Assembly (NCBI GenBank): GCA_028284075.1
Contig: JANQSL010000056.1
Location: 4,564 to 68,563, forward strand
From: Candidatus Sumerlaeia bacterium
GTDB taxonomy: Bacteria; Sumerlaeota; Sumerlaeia; SLMS01; JAHLLQ01
DNA length: 64,000 bases
Direction: 5' to 3'
Part shown: piece after piece, positions 38,325-50,592 of the stretch
How the letters are laid out: each line of letters starts with the position of its first letter
How positions within the stretch are numbered: position 1 is the first letter of the stretch
The notes under the pieces: generated by a model
What the model was told of the DNA's origin: nothing
What the model saw: only the letters and a program-made list of their open reading frames with translations
The model's database searches: none
Translations under genes and position numbers: made by a program

Positions 38325-38570
38325 TTGACAATGGACGTCACCACAGCTCTCGGAATTTCCTACCCGATCGGCCTTGGCCTTGCAGCCGTAGGCGCGGGTA
38401 TCGGACTCGGCCGTGCCGTCGGCCAGGCAATGGAAGCCATGGGCCGCCAGCCCGAAGCGATCAACAAAATCCAGATCGCGATGATCATCGGTGCGGCCTT
38501 CATCGAGGCTCTTGCGATTTACGCGCTGGTGTCGCCGTTCCTTGCAAAGGCATCGGGCATTTTCGGTTAA
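38325..38570 (+). CDS. atpE: F0F1 ATP synthase subunit c
   Basis: Two-helix proteolipid with a GxGxGxG motif and the conserved carboxylate ([12 protein letters not shown]). Confidence 0.9.
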   Translation: MTMDVTTALGISYPIGLGLAAVGAGIGLGRAVGQAMEAMGRQPEAINKIQIAMIIGAAFIEALAIYALVSPFLAKASGIFG

Positions 38571-38673
38571 GACCTGCCCGTAGTCTCGGTGGCCGCGTTC
38601 GAATGGCGTGCCGCCCGTATTGTCTGCCAACCTTCGGGATTTCGATCCCGTTGATTGCGAAAGGAATGACGAC

Positions 38674-39192
38674 ATGAATTCCATGCTTCTTGCCGGAGCC
38701 TCCGCAGGATCGACCATTGCCGGCCAGGTGATCACCACGGTCATCACCTTCCTTGCCGTCCTGTGGGTTCTGAAGGCGTTTGCTCTCAAGCCCATCCTTG
38801 AGCTTCTGGATGAGCGCAAGAACACCGTTTCCAACGAGTTCAAGGAACTTGATCGCAAGATCACGGAAGCGGACTCGCGCCTCAAGGAGTACGAGGAGAA
38901 GCTGAAGCACATCGATGAAGAAGCTCGTGAGCGCCACAACCAGGCGGTCGACGAGGGGCGCCGAATGGCGGCTGAACTCATCGAGAAGGCTCGCTCGGAG
39001 TCGGAAGACATTACCGAGAAGGCTCGTCAGTCGATGCGCCACGAACTGGAGGCGGCTCGCATCGAGCTTCGCCGTGAGGTCGTGGAAATGACACTGGCGG
39101 CCACGGGCAAGCTGCTTGAGGCGAGCATGAACGACGAGCGGCAGCGCCAGCTTGTTGACTCCTTCATCAGTGATTTGGAGAAGCGTGCATGA
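38674..39192 (+). CDS. atpF: F0F1 ATP synthase subunit b
   Basis: One N-terminal transmembrane helix followed by a long charged coiled coil. Start MNSMLLAG with RBS AAAGGAA. Confidence 0.85.
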   Translation: MNSMLLAGASAGSTIAGQVITTVITFLAVLWVLKAFALKPILELLDERKNTVSNEFKELDRKITEADSRLKEYEEKLKHIDEEARERHNQAVDEGRRMAAELIEKARSESEDITEKARQSMRHELEAARIELRREVVEMTLAATGKLLEASMNDERQRQLVDSFISDLEKRA

Positions 39193-39740
39193 ACGTCGAC
39201 GTTCAAGCGGCGAAGGTATACGGCGAGGCGCTCTTCAGCGCCGCGAGGGATCAGGGCATTGTTCCGGCGATTCGCGAAGAGACAGCCGTCCTTGCTGAAG
39301 CCACCGCTGCTGTTCCCCGTTTCCGGACGTTGATGGAGGCACCGCACATCCCCACGGATGACAAGGTCACCATCATCGAGCGGGTTATCGGGGATCGCAT
39401 GCAGCCTTTACTGAAAAACTTCATTCTGCTCCTTTTGCGCCGAAACCGGGTGGAAGTTTACCGCAGCGCTCTGGACGAGTTTAATCGTCTGGCGGACAAG
39501 GACCTTGGTATTTCCCGTGCATCGCTGACCAGTGCGCGGGCGCTGGACGACGAAGAAAAGACCCGTTTGCAGTCCGCTCTTGAGCGGCAAACAGGGTTGA
39601 AACTGACCCTGGACCACAAAGTGGACCCCGTGCTCATCGGCGGACTTGTCTTTGAGTGCGGTGATCTGATGATCGACAACAGTCTGAAAACCCAGCTTTC
39701 CCGGCTGGGAGACAAGCTGATGGCCGCTCGGGTGATCTGA
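39189..39740 (+). CDS. atpH: F0F1 ATP synthase subunit delta
   Basis: OSCP/delta family pattern. ATGA overlap with atpF. Confidence 0.9.
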   Translation: MNVDVQAAKVYGEALFSAARDQGIVPAIREETAVLAEATAAVPRFRTLMEAPHIPTDDKVTIIERVIGDRMQPLLKNFILLLLRRNRVEVYRSALDEFNRLADKDLGISRASLTSARALDDEEKTRLQSALERQTGLKLTLDHKVDPVLIGGLVFECGDLMIDNSLKTQLSRLGDKLMAARVI

Positions 39741-39791
39741 TTCCCGGCGGGAACCCCCGGACGGCGGAGCTGTCCGAACATCGTACGGAGT

Positions 39792-41309
39792 GTGGCAATG
39801 GCCTTACGCGCTGACGAAATTGCGTCCGTTCTCAAATCCGAGCTTGAGAGCTTTGATCGTTCTCTGGAAGTGGAGAATGTCGGAAAAGTTCTGCGGGTCG
39901 GTGATAATATCGCCACCGTTTATGGCCTTGAGAAGGCCATGATGGGCGAGCTGCTGGAGTTTCCCCACGGAATCAGGGGCATGGTGTTGAACCTTGAAGA
40001 AAACTCCGTTGGTGTTGCTCTGTTCGGCTCCGACGCGCAGATCAAAGAAGGGGATGTCGTTCGCGGCACGGGACAAATCGCCTCGGTTCCGGCCGGCGAA
40101 GCCCTTGTTGGCCGTGTTGTCGACGCTCTGGGCAACCCTATCGACGGCAAAGGGCCCATTCCGGCGAAGGAAACCCGCCGCATCGAAATCAAGGCACCGG
40201 GCGTTCTTGCACGCAAGTCCGTACACGAACCCCTGATGACGGGCCTGAAGGCCATCGACTCCATGATTCCCATCGGCCGCGGTCAGCGCGAGTTGATCAT
40301 CGGCGATCGCCAGACCGGCAAGACCACCGTCGCCATCGATACGATCATCAACCAGAAGGGCCAGGGTGTTTACTGCTTCTATATAGCGATTGGCCAGAAG
40401 CAGTCCTCCGTCGCCGCCGTCGTCGAAACGCTCGAGAAGCACGGAGCCATGGAGTACACCACAGTTGTCTCCGCCTCCGCGGACGATCCGGCCTCCATGC
40501 AGTTCATCGCGCCGTACACCGGCGTGACCATGGCGGAGTACTTCCGCGACTCGTCTCGCCACGCTCTTTGCATCTATGATGACCTGTCCAAGCAGGCCGC
40601 CGCTTATCGTACACTTTCTTTGCTTCTGCGTCGCCCTCCGGGCCGCGAGGCATATCCCGGTGACGTCTTCTATCTCCACTCCCGCCTGCTTGAGCGTGCG
40701 GCAAAATTAAGCGACGATCTTGGCGCCGGTTCATTAACAGCTCTCCCCATCATTGAGACTCAGGCGGGCGACGTATCAGCTTACATTCCAACGAACGTGA
40801 TTTCAATTACTGACGGCCAGATTTACCTGGAGCCGGACCTGTTCTACAAGGGTGTGCGTCCTGCCATCAACGTTGGTCTGTCTGTGTCCCGTGTGGGCGG
40901 TTCGGCACAGACGAAGGCGATGAAGAAAGTCGGTGGCAAGCTTCGCCTGGAACTCGCTCAGTTCCGCGAACTGGAAGCCTTTGCCAAGTTCGGCTCTGAT
41001 CTGGACAAAGCCACACAGCAGTCTCTGACGCGCGGTGCACGCCTCGTCGAGATTCTGAAACAGGGTCAGAACGTACCGATGTCACTTTCAAGGCAGGTCG
41101 TGCAGATTTTTGCCGGCACCAACGGCTATTGCGACAAGGTGGATGCCGAGAAGACACAGGCATACACAACCGGGCTGCTGGCCTTCATCGAGGAAAAGTA
41201 TGCAGATGTGCTGCACACCATCGATGAGCAGAAGGTGCTCGATGACGCGACCACCGAGAAGCTCCACAAGGCGTGCAAGGAATACCTCGACGAGTTCAAC
41301 AAGGACTAA
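39792..41309 (+). CDS. atpA: F0F1 ATP synthase subunit alpha
   Basis: P-loop GDRQTGKT and alpha-subunit signature. 505 aa. Confidence 0.97.
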   Translation: MAMALRADEIASVLKSELESFDRSLEVENVGKVLRVGDNIATVYGLEKAMMGELLEFPHGIRGMVLNLEENSVGVALFGSDAQIKEGDVVRGTGQIASVPAGEALVGRVVDALGNPIDGKGPIPAKETRRIEIKAPGVLARKSVHEPLMTGLKAIDSMIPIGRGQRELIIGDRQTGKTTVAIDTIINQKGQGVYCFYIAIGQKQSSVAAVVETLEKHGAMEYTTVVSASADDPASMQFIAPYTGVTMAEYFRDSSRHALCIYDDLSKQAAAYRTLSLLLRRPPGREAYPGDVFYLHSRLLERAAKLSDDLGAGSLTALPIIETQAGDVSAYIPTNVISITDGQIYLEPDLFYKGVRPAINVGLSVSRVGGSAQTKAMKKVGGKLRLELAQFRELEAFAKFGSDLDKATQQSLTRGARLVEILKQGQNVPMSLSRQVVQIFAGTNGYCDKVDAEKTQAYTTGLLAFIEEKYADVLHTIDEQKVLDDATTEKLHKACKEYLDEFNKD

Positions 41310-41332
41310 GCGACCCGCTACGGAACTGATTC

Positions 41333-42211
41333 ATGGCCAAGGGCATCAAAGAGCTTCGTCTTCGCGTTCGTTCCATCAAGGGAACGAAGAAGATCACACG
41401 CGCCATGGAGATGGTCTCGGCGGCCAAGCTTCGCCGCGCGCAACAGGAGATGAACGCAGCGCGACCCTTTACACGAAAACTGCAGGTTCTTCTTGGCCGT
41501 CTGGCGCTTAGCCCCACGGCGCAGGAGCACCCGTTGTTTGAGTTGCGCGAGGAGGAAAACCTTCCTTCTCTCCTGCTGTTTGTGACCTCTGATCGCGGTC
41601 TCTGCGGAGCCTACAACGCGAATCTGATCAAAGCCGCTGAGCGCTATATGAGAGAGCATCCCGACGCATTGATGTACTGTGTCGGTCGAAAGGGTTTTGA
41701 ATACTTCCGCAAGCGCGTTCCCCAGCGCATCATCGGCCAGACGCTGGATTTGAATACGAAGCTTGACGGTGAAACCACGGATCAGGTCGGGAACCTGCTC
41801 CTCGAGCAGTTCAACGGCCGTAAGGTGGGGGAGATCAACATCATTTCCGCGGAGTTTGTCTCCGCGTCGACCAACCGCCCTCAGACGCAACGCTACCTGC
41901 CACTTGAGGCAAAAGCGTTCGGCCTTTCCAGCGAGGAGGCGGACAAGCCGATTGACTATCTGTTGGAGCCGTCGCCGGAGCGGGTTTTCGATGCACTGTT
42001 GCCGACCTATCTCCGCAACGTCATCTATCTGACCCTCGCGGAAGCCTTCACCAGCGAGCATTCATCGCGAATGCTTGCCATGAACGCGGCGACGAAGAAC
42101 TGCGACGAACTTGCGGAAAGCCTGACACTGCAGATGAACAAGGCCCGTCAGGCGGCCATCACCACGGAAATTATTGAAATCGTCAGTGGCGCTGCGGCGC
42201 TCGAAGGCTGA
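41333..42211 (+). CDS. atpG: F0F1 ATP synthase subunit gamma
   Basis: MAKGIKELRLRVRSIKGTKKITRAMEMVSAAKLRRAQ N-terminus and the conserved C-terminal helix. Confidence 0.95.
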   Translation: MAKGIKELRLRVRSIKGTKKITRAMEMVSAAKLRRAQQEMNAARPFTRKLQVLLGRLALSPTAQEHPLFELREEENLPSLLLFVTSDRGLCGAYNANLIKAAERYMREHPDALMYCVGRKGFEYFRKRVPQRIIGQTLDLNTKLDGETTDQVGNLLLEQFNGRKVGEINIISAEFVSASTNRPQTQRYLPLEAKAFGLSSEEADKPIDYLLEPSPERVFDALLPTYLRNVIYLTLAEAFTSEHSSRMLAMNAATKNCDELAESLTLQMNKARQAAITTEIIEIVSGAAALEG

Positions 42212-42227
42212 CGGAGATGAACTGTAA

Positions 42228-43703
<1,476 letters not shown>

Positions 43704-43724
43704 GGGATCGGGACTGACTGAACA

Positions 43725-44030
43725 ATGGCTGATTTCCGGCTTCAGATTGTTACTTCACAGCACACGGTCTTTGATGAGAACGTGACGGCGCTGACGCTGC
43801 CCGGCGAGGACGGTTACTTTGGTGTGCTTGCCAACCACGCACCCATTGTTTCCGTGCTCAAGACAGGCAAAGTCACCATCCGCCGCGGTGCCAGAGAAGA
43901 CGAAGTGGAGATCAGCAAGGGTTTCCTTGAGATGTCCAATAACGTTGCCACACTGCTCGCAGAGGAACTGCACGGTATGGAGGGTGTATCGGGAGCCGAG
44001 CTCGGGCAGCGGGATGGCGACGACGAGTAA
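43725..44030 (+). CDS. atpC: F0F1 ATP synthase subunit epsilon
   Basis: Epsilon beta-sandwich plus helical tail pattern. Last gene of the atp operon. Confidence 0.9.
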   Translation: MADFRLQIVTSQHTVFDENVTALTLPGEDGYFGVLANHAPIVSVLKTGKVTIRRGAREDEVEISKGFLEMSNNVATLLAEELHGMEGVSGAELGQRDGDDE

Positions 44031-44062
44031 ATACCTTCCGGATCGCTCGCTCATGAAATTTG

Positions 44063-44089
44063 CCCCGGTTGAAGAACCGGGGTTTTTTT
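44063..44089 (+). terminator. Rho-independent terminator of the atp operon (CCCCGGTT-GAAG-AACCGGGG followed by TTTTTTT)
   Basis: A perfect 8 bp GC-rich stem with a 4 nt loop and a 7-T tract, 33 nt after the atpC stop. It may also terminate the convergent GT2 gene. Confidence 0.8.
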
Positions 44090-44098
44090 GATGTCCAT

Positions 44099-45310
44099 TC
44101 AGTCTTCACCGGAGCGGATTGTTTTCCAGGTTACGAAGGTCGTTCCTCGTAAAACATTGATCAAGGCGAAGAGGCTCGCCGCATTGATTACGCAAAAGAA
44201 GTAGATCGTGGAGACCGGCCTGTATCGACGAATCGACTCCGAAAAGTGACCGGCAAGCGCGGCACTGTAAAAAGCGATTTGTCCCGACAAGAGAAGGTTT
44301 ATCGTCATCGAGCCTGCCGAAGTCAGCAGGACGTGAGACGTGCTCGCAACGAACAACAGAATCATGAATACTGGTGCAAGCCATCGCAGGTATTTGTGTG
44401 AAATCACTTCAAAAGCGAAGAACGGCCGGCGAATCCAGTCTCGCCACATCCGCGACATGGTATAAATGGCCGTTGTGATGATGCGCCGCTTCCATCGGAA
44501 CTCCTGCTCGAAGCTTTCCGGCGGGCTCTCATACCCGAAGGCCCGTGGCTCGTATACTGTTGGCTTGTTTTGATTAAACAGAATACCGCAGGGAATCGAC
44601 AGGTCGTCCAGAAGATCCGTTGGCCGGATTGTATATTCGTTGCGTCGAATCATGTAGATGGACCCATTCGTGCCGATGAGTGAATGAACCCTGCTCTCGG
44701 CTTTTTTGAGAGCACTTTCAATACGCCAATAAAGTCCTTCGCCCTGTCCCGCCTCCGACTTGCCATCGGTATGATAACGCAGCTGTCCGCAGACTGCTCC
44801 GACACGAGAGTCTGTGAGCTTTCGCGCCAGAAACTTCAGGGCCTGTGGATCATACATCGTGTTTGCATCGGAAAAACAGATGAAATGACCGCGGCACCGT
44901 GGTGCGGCGGTGTTCAGTGCACTCATCTTTCCGGTATTCCTCTCGATTGCGATCAGCCGAACCCGAGGATCTTCAAAAGAGCTTACAATCTCATTCGTCC
45001 GGTCCTGAGACCCATCGGATACCACCACGATTTCGAGCTTTCCCGGATTCCAGTCCAGCTTGAGCGAGTTATCAATCTTGTCCGCAATAACGGCTTCTTC
45101 ATTGTAAGCGGCGATGAGAAGGGAAACCGTTCGTCCTGAAGGATCGGATGTCCGAAAGCGGCGCGGAGACAGTTTTGCCAGCACAGCCATAACAAGCGGA
45201 TAGCCTGCATAGTGGTAAAGAATGGCACCCAGCGACAGCCAGACAAGGGAGGTGAGGACGATCATGCGTGGCTCAGAGAAACAGGATGCTGCGATGAAAA
45301 CAACCCGCAC
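44099..45310 (-). CDS. Membrane-anchored glycosyltransferase family 2 (cellulose-synthase-like fold)
   Basis: LLIAAYNEE...VVVSDGSQD...FSDAN...FRWKRR (QxxRW-like) with flanking transmembrane helices. Confidence 0.85.
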   Translation of the reverse strand: MRVVFIAASCFSEPRMIVLTSLVWLSLGAILYHYAGYPLVMAVLAKLSPRRFRTSDPSGRTVSLLIAAYNEEAVIADKIDNSLKLDWNPGKLEIVVVSDGSQDRTNEIVSSFEDPRVRLIAIERNTGKMSALNTAAPRCRGHFICFSDANTMYDPQALKFLARKLTDSRVGAVCGQLRYHTDGKSEAGQGEGLYWRIESALKKAESRVHSLIGTNGSIYMIRRNEYTIRPTDLLDDLSIPCGILFNQNKPTVYEPRAFGYESPPESFEQEFRWKRRIITTAIYTMSRMWRDWIRRPFFAFEVISHKYLRWLAPVFMILLFVASTSHVLLTSAGSMTINLLLSGQIAFYSAALAGHFSESIRRYRPVSTIYFFCVINAASLFALINVLRGTTFVTWKTIRSGED

Positions 45311-45581
45311 CCCGGGGTTGGCAACCGTGAATCATCCTGCCGTTCGGTTCGGTTCGGCAGCGTCTTCGGAGCTCGATCTTGCAACGTGGCGCCACGAAAC
45401 GCGGCCTCATCCTGGTCGAGGCGGAAATGCGATGTATCCCTTCAGACATGCCGTTTGTGGAGCGGCCGTGCCCCGGTCTCTCGAGGATGATTTCAATTGA
45501 CGCGTGCTTCTTCACTCCGGTGTGTGACCGCTCGCGCCGGTCTTTCGACGCCCCGGGGATTTTCCAGATTACGCTTCGTAA

Positions 45582-46643
45582 ATGAGGATCGTTTTGACCG
45601 TGAAATGTGCGCAGGCAGGTTACGGATACTGGGGCAGAAACCTGATGCGGTGTTTCTCATCCGCACGAAACTGTGAATTGACCGTTTGCTGTGAGCCCGA
45701 AACGAATCTTCATGATCAAATACGAAGCCAATATCCAAACGTACGGAACATCGACATCAATCTGGAAACCACGCTGGAGCGGCCTGAAATCGAAGCCGTT
45801 ATTCTCGCCACACCGGCTGCCCTTCATCATCAACAGGTGAAATGCTGCCTGGAGGCGGGAAAACACGTTTTTGTCGAGAAACCCCTGGCGACGTCCACGA
45901 AGCAGTGTGAAGAGCTTGTGAGTCTTGCTGACGGCAAGGGCTTGACACTGATGGTTGGTCATACGTTTTTGTACAACGACGCCGTTCGATGGATAAAAAA
46001 CTTCATTGATCAGGGAGAGCTCGGAAACGTTCAGTACATCTACTTTCAGCGACTTGCGCTTGGACGTGTCCGCAAGGATGTGAACGTGCTCTGGAACCTG
46101 GCTCCGCACGATGTGTCGATCGCATTGTATTGGCTTGGTGAGTTTCCCCGCGAGGTTCTCTCGACCGGCCAGGATTTCCTTCAGAGTGGAATCGATGACA
46201 TTTCCTTTCTTAACATGAAATTCCCCAGTGGAAGATTCGTTCAGGTTCACGTTAGCTGGCTCGACCCGAGCAAAACAAGAAAAGCCGTTGTTGTGGGCAG
46301 TCGTAAAATGCTGGTTTACGATGATTGCTCGCCCGATCAGAAAATCACCGTCTACGACAAGGGATTTGATGTCGATGGCAAGCCTCAGGACATCGGTTCG
46401 CGCCCCTTTGACAGCTTCGGTGACTTTTCGCTCATCCAGCGCGTTGGCGACATCTCGATACCCAGAATCTCATTTCGCGAGCCACTCCAGGTCGAAGCGC
46501 AGCATTTCGTGGACAGTGTTACGACCGGCGGGAAACCACTGAGTGACGGGAGGTCCGGAGCTGGCGTCGTTGCCGTGCTTGAGGCCGCGAGCGATTCCCG
46601 GAGGAGGAAAGCAGCTGTCGAGTTGTCTTCCCTCAGTCTATGA
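45582..46643 (+). CDS. Gfo/Idh/MocA family NAD(P)-dependent oxidoreductase (WbpB-like sugar 3-dehydrogenase candidate)
   Basis: N-terminal Rossmann fold (AGYGYWG) and a conserved EKP motif (VFVEKPLA). Followed by acetyltransferase and aminotransferase genes. Confidence 0.85.
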   Translation: MRIVLTVKCAQAGYGYWGRNLMRCFSSARNCELTVCCEPETNLHDQIRSQYPNVRNIDINLETTLERPEIEAVILATPAALHHQQVKCCLEAGKHVFVEKPLATSTKQCEELVSLADGKGLTLMVGHTFLYNDAVRWIKNFIDQGELGNVQYIYFQRLALGRVRKDVNVLWNLAPHDVSIALYWLGEFPREVLSTGQDFLQSGIDDISFLNMKFPSGRFVQVHVSWLDPSKTRKAVVVGSRKMLVYDDCSPDQKITVYDKGFDVDGKPQDIGSRPFDSFGDFSLIQRVGDISIPRISFREPLQVEAQHFVDSVTTGGKPLSDGRSGAGVVAVLEAASDSRRRKAAVELSSLSL

Positions 46644-47293
46644 ATGCTCCTCCCTTTTCCACTATTCACCCGAATGTTCATCTCGGAGAGAACTGCAGAC
46701 TGGACAGCCACGTCGTCCTTGGGACTCCTCCGGACCGGAGCGAGCCGGGGGAGCATGCACTTCGAATAGGAAGGGACTCAATAATCCGAAGCCATACCAT
46801 CATCTATGCAGGGAATCGGATCGGACATGGCTTTGTTACGGGTCACTATGTGTTTATCAGGGAAGACAATACGATCGGAAACGATGTTTCCATCGGGACT
46901 CACACTGTTATCGAACATCACGTAACCATCGGTAACGGCGTTCGGCTTCATTCACAGGTCTTTGTGCCGGAATTCTCGGTTTTGGAAGAGGGCTGCTGGA
47001 TCGGGCCCAATGTGGTTCTGACCAACGCTCCTTATCCGAAGGCTCCGCGCGTGAAAGAATTCCTGAATGGACCTTGTATTTGCCGTTCAGCGGTTGTCGG
47101 AGCAAATGCCACCCTTCTTCCCGGAGTCGTTATTGGCGAAGGGGCGCTTGTTGGGGCGGGAAGCGTGGTTACCTGCAACGTGGCTCCCCTGACCGTGGTT
47201 GCAGGGAATCCCGCCCGGAAAATCAAGGATGTGGCGGACCTGAAACACCCTGACGGTGACAAAGCGTATCACCACGAGGCGTTCAATGTCTGA
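46640..47293 (+). CDS. Hexapeptide-repeat (left-handed beta-helix) sugar N-acetyltransferase (WbpD/WlbB-like)
   Basis: Repeated [LIV]G-x4 hexapeptide motifs throughout. ATGA overlap with the upstream gene. Confidence 0.85.
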   Translation: MNAPPFSTIHPNVHLGENCRLDSHVVLGTPPDRSEPGEHALRIGRDSIIRSHTIIYAGNRIGHGFVTGHYVFIREDNTIGNDVSIGTHTVIEHHVTIGNGVRLHSQVFVPEFSVLEEGCWIGPNVVLTNAPYPKAPRVKEFLNGPCICRSAVVGANATLLPGVVIGEGALVGAGSVVTCNVAPLTVVAGNPARKIKDVADLKHPDGDKAYHHEAFNV

Positions 47294-48395
47294 CATGCCA
47301 ATTCCGCTCGTCGATCTCAAGGCTCAGCTGCGTGGCATACGCACTGAGATCGATTCCGCAATATCGGAAACTCTCGATCAAACAGCCTTTATCATGGGCG
47401 ATCGCGTCAGAAGGTTCGAGCGTGAATTCGCCAAGTATTGCGGGACATCTCATGGAGTTGGCGCAAGTTCGGGAACAACCGCACTCCACCTCGCGCTTGT
47501 TGCTGCAGGAGTTGGCCCGGGCGACGAGGTTATCACCGTATCACACACGTTTATTGCAACTGCAGAGGCCATTCTTCATTGCGGGGCGATTCCCGTTCTT
47601 GTGGATGTCGATCCTGAAACCTATACCATGGATCCGCAACGTCTTGAAGAAGTACTCACTTCGGCAACGAAGGCGATCATTCCGGTACATCTCTACGGTC
47701 AGTGCGCGGACATGACCGCCATCAGTGCCTTTGCAAGTACTCACGGCCTGAAGGTTATCGAGGATGCGGCTCAGGCTCATGGCGCAATGTGGGAAGGAAA
47801 GATGGCGGGGGCGATTGGCGAGGCAGGCTGCTTCAGCTTTTTCCCTGGCAAGAATCTGGGCGCCGCAGGAGACGGAGGGGCGGTTGTCACCAATAACGAT
47901 CAGATGGCGGAGCGAATGAGTTCGCTGGCAAACCACGGACGCCAGACAAAGTACCTTCACGATGTGTTGGGGTTCAACTACCGCCTCGATGCCCTCCAGG
48001 CCGCCGTGCTCAGTGTCAAACTCAGGTATCTTGACGATTGGACTGATCGTCGTCGGGGGGCCGCGAAGCGGTACAACGAATTGCTGCGGGATCTGCCGGT
48101 GGAGTTGCCGGTCGAGCGCGACAGACACGTCTACCACCTCTATGTTATACAATGCGATCGCAGGGATGAACTGCTCGCATTGATGAAGTCTCGAAACATT
48201 TTCGCGGGAATTCATTATCCGATTCCACTGCACAAGCAGCCGTGCTTTCTTTCAGGCGAGGCTGTCCGCAGCGGACCGATGCCGGTGACAGAGAGAGTGG
48301 CGGATCGGATTGTTTCTCTTCCACTGTTTCCGGAGATAACCTCCGAACAACAGGAGCGCGTGACTGAATCGATTCACGATTTCTTTCGTGCGTGA
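47256..48395 (+). CDS. DegT/DnrJ/EryC1/StrS family PLP-dependent aminotransferase (WbpE-like)
   Basis: Family pattern including the lysine-containing segment FSFFPGKNLGAAGDGG. The likely start is MSDMPIPLVDL near 47286. Confidence 0.9.
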   Translation: MTKRITTRRSMSDMPIPLVDLKAQLRGIRTEIDSAISETLDQTAFIMGDRVRRFEREFAKYCGTSHGVGASSGTTALHLALVAAGVGPGDEVITVSHTFIATAEAILHCGAIPVLVDVDPETYTMDPQRLEEVLTSATKAIIPVHLYGQCADMTAISAFASTHGLKVIEDAAQAHGAMWEGKMAGAIGEAGCFSFFPGKNLGAAGDGGAVVTNNDQMAERMSSLANHGRQTKYLHDVLGFNYRLDALQAAVLSVKLRYLDDWTDRRRGAAKRYNELLRDLPVELPVERDRHVYHLYVIQCDRRDELLALMKSRNIFAGIHYPIPLHKQPCFLSGEAVRSGPMPVTERVADRIVSLPLFPEITSEQQERVTESIHDFFRA

Positions 48396-48464
48396 CAGAG
48401 ATAAATGCAGGCAGATGTCTTCGCCTCTTTGCAACAATCAATCAGGCGATCCGGGGAACAAGCC

Positions 48465-49424
48465 ATGTCCGTTGAAAACAAAAAGATACTTGTAACCGGA
48501 GGAGCCGGTTTCATTGGCAGTCATATTGCGGATGAAGCTCTTCGCCGGGGAGCGTCCCGCGTTGTTATTCTGGATAATTTTGTAAACGGTAAGCAGCAAA
48601 ACATTGCTCACCTCGCTGGCGATTCACGCATAACCATCGAGTCCGGCGATGTACGGGACTTTGACACGGTTCGGCCTCTCGTTCAGCAGGCTGATATCGT
48701 TTTTCATGAAGCTGCCTCAAAGCTCGTGGTCTCTCGCACAAGGCCGAGAATTGACCTGGAAACGAACATTGTAGGCACCTTCAATGTTTTGGAGGCGGCA
48801 AAGGATGGAGGACAGCTTGTCGTCCATGCTTCGACCGGATCCGTTCTTGGCAGCAGCGAAGGGGAAATGCACGAGGACCATCCGCAGAATCCGACCACAC
48901 TCTACGGAATCAGCAAGGGTTGCGGTGAGCGCTACTGTCGGTTTTATGCCGCGGAGTTCGGAGTTCGAGTCGCCATGCTCCGTTATTTCCATGTCTTTGG
49001 GCCGCGACAGGATTACTCCGGAGAAGCAGGCGTTGTAAGTATTTTTCTTGGCCGTGTCCTGCGAGGTTTGCCTCCGGTTGTGTTTGGTACCGGAGAACAG
49101 ATCCGTTGTTTCACCTGGGTTCTCGATGATGTGGCGGCCAACTTCCTGCTCCTTGATAGGATTGAGGGCGACGAGTGCCTGGGCCAGGTTCATAACGTCG
49201 CATCACGGACACGCATCAGTGTTCTTGATCTGGCGAACACCATTATCGAACGGTTCGGACCGAAAGGGCTTGAAGTCGAGTTCGGTCCTCCACGGCCGGG
49301 AGAAAATCTTCGTCCCGTCCCGAACACGGAGAGGATTGAGAGACTCGGATTCAAGGAGTCCGTTTCCTTTTCCGAGGGACTTGAGGCAACCTGCGAGTGG
49401 GTAAAAAAGGATCTCGGTTTGTGA
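48465..49424 (+). CDS. NAD-dependent epimerase/dehydratase (short-chain dehydrogenase/reductase family)
   Basis: TGGAGFIGSH Rossmann fold and a YxxxK motif (YGISK). Start MSVENKKILV inside ORF 48405..49424. Confidence 0.9.
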   Translation: MSVENKKILVTGGAGFIGSHIADEALRRGASRVVILDNFVNGKQQNIAHLAGDSRITIESGDVRDFDTVRPLVQQADIVFHEAASKLVVSRTRPRIDLETNIVGTFNVLEAAKDGGQLVVHASTGSVLGSSEGEMHEDHPQNPTTLYGISKGCGERYCRFYAAEFGVRVAMLRYFHVFGPRQDYSGEAGVVSIFLGRVLRGLPPVVFGTGEQIRCFTWVLDDVAANFLLLDRIEGDECLGQVHNVASRTRISVLDLANTIIERFGPKGLEVEFGPPRPGENLRPVPNTERIERLGFKESVSFSEGLEATCEWVKKDLGL

Positions 49425-49635
49425 ACAGGTATTTGTGCTGATCAGGAACGTGTCATAAGACAGCCGATCCATTTCGTGACTTCTTCGCAGCAATGGACAG
49501 CCACCGAAAGATCACCCTGTGGTCGGCAATCGCTGACTCGGAATCCGGTGAATCGCCTTGCCCGAGTGGCCTTGAAGGGATAACCGACATCCCATTGCAT
49601 GCTCGCCTCTTCGCGGATGATTTTCCATCAAGTCC

Positions 49636-50592
49636 ATGACAAAGTCCTGTACACAATATTCCGCGGTTGTTCCGGTTTACAATGAACTGGATTCATTGAA
49701 TCAACTCCTCGACGAACTGCGGCGGGAGCTTGGCAAGCTGGAAGAGCCCTATGAGATGATCTTTGTCGACGATGGTTCCTCCGACGGCTCTTCAGAGGTA
49801 CTGGACCGTTTTGCCAATGAGTACCCTGAAGTCAGGGTTGTTCATTTTGGCAGGAATTCCGGCAAAAGCGCTGCTTATACAGCGGGTTTCGAGGCATCGA
49901 AGGGCCGGATTCTTCTGACTCTCGATGCCGATCTGCAGGACGATCCCCGTGAGATTCCGCGCATGCTCAAAGCCCTTTCCCGCAATCGTGATCTCGTGAT
50001 TGGCTGGAAGCGCAATCGCATGCAAAATGAGCTGCTCAAGAAGATACCGTCTTTTCTCTACAACCGGCTCAAGGGATTGTTGTTTGGTCTTCGTTTGCAT
50101 GACTCGAACTGTGGTTTTCGTGCCATGAAGCGTGAGGTTGCCATGAACCTTCGCTTGAAGGGCGACCGGTATCGGTTTATTCCGGAACTCTCCCATCTTG
50201 AAGGCTTTCGTGTATGTGAGATTCCAGTGAACCATCGCGCTCGTCTTCACGGCACCAGCAAATACGGACCGGGACGTTTTGTAAGTGGTCTGTTAGACCT
50301 TCTAACGGTACGTTTTTTGAGCGGATATGGCACAAAACCTCTGCATTTCTTTGGGTGGCTGGGGTTTCTGTGTTTTGGCATTGGTTCACTGCTGGAGTTC
50401 TATGTGCTGATTCGTAAACTTGGAGGCTCACTCTTCCAGACGCATGTTGGCGCCATGATCATGGGTGTTTTCTTTCTCGTGGTGGGAGTTCAGTTCCTCG
50501 CAATCGGCTTGCTGGCGGAAATGATCAGCGACGCCGGGGAGTCCCACCCCGTTCATCGTGAGCGTGCAAAAGGTGAGCGGCGTGGAAGGTAG
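49636..50592 (+). CDS. GT2 polyprenyl-phosphate glycosyltransferase (ArnC/GtrB/DPM1-like) with C-terminal transmembrane helices
   Basis: VVPVYNE...FVDDGSSDGS...LDADLQDDP motifs and two C-terminal transmembrane segments. Confidence 0.85.
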   Translation: MTKSCTQYSAVVPVYNELDSLNQLLDELRRELGKLEEPYEMIFVDDGSSDGSSEVLDRFANEYPEVRVVHFGRNSGKSAAYTAGFEASKGRILLTLDADLQDDPREIPRMLKALSRNRDLVIGWKRNRMQNELLKKIPSFLYNRLKGLLFGLRLHDSNCGFRAMKREVAMNLRLKGDRYRFIPELSHLEGFRVCEIPVNHRARLHGTSKYGPGRFVSGLLDLLTVRFLSGYGTKPLHFFGWLGFLCFGIGSLLEFYVLIRKLGGSLFQTHVGAMIMGVFFLVVGVQFLAIGLLAEMISDAGESHPVHRERAKGERRGR

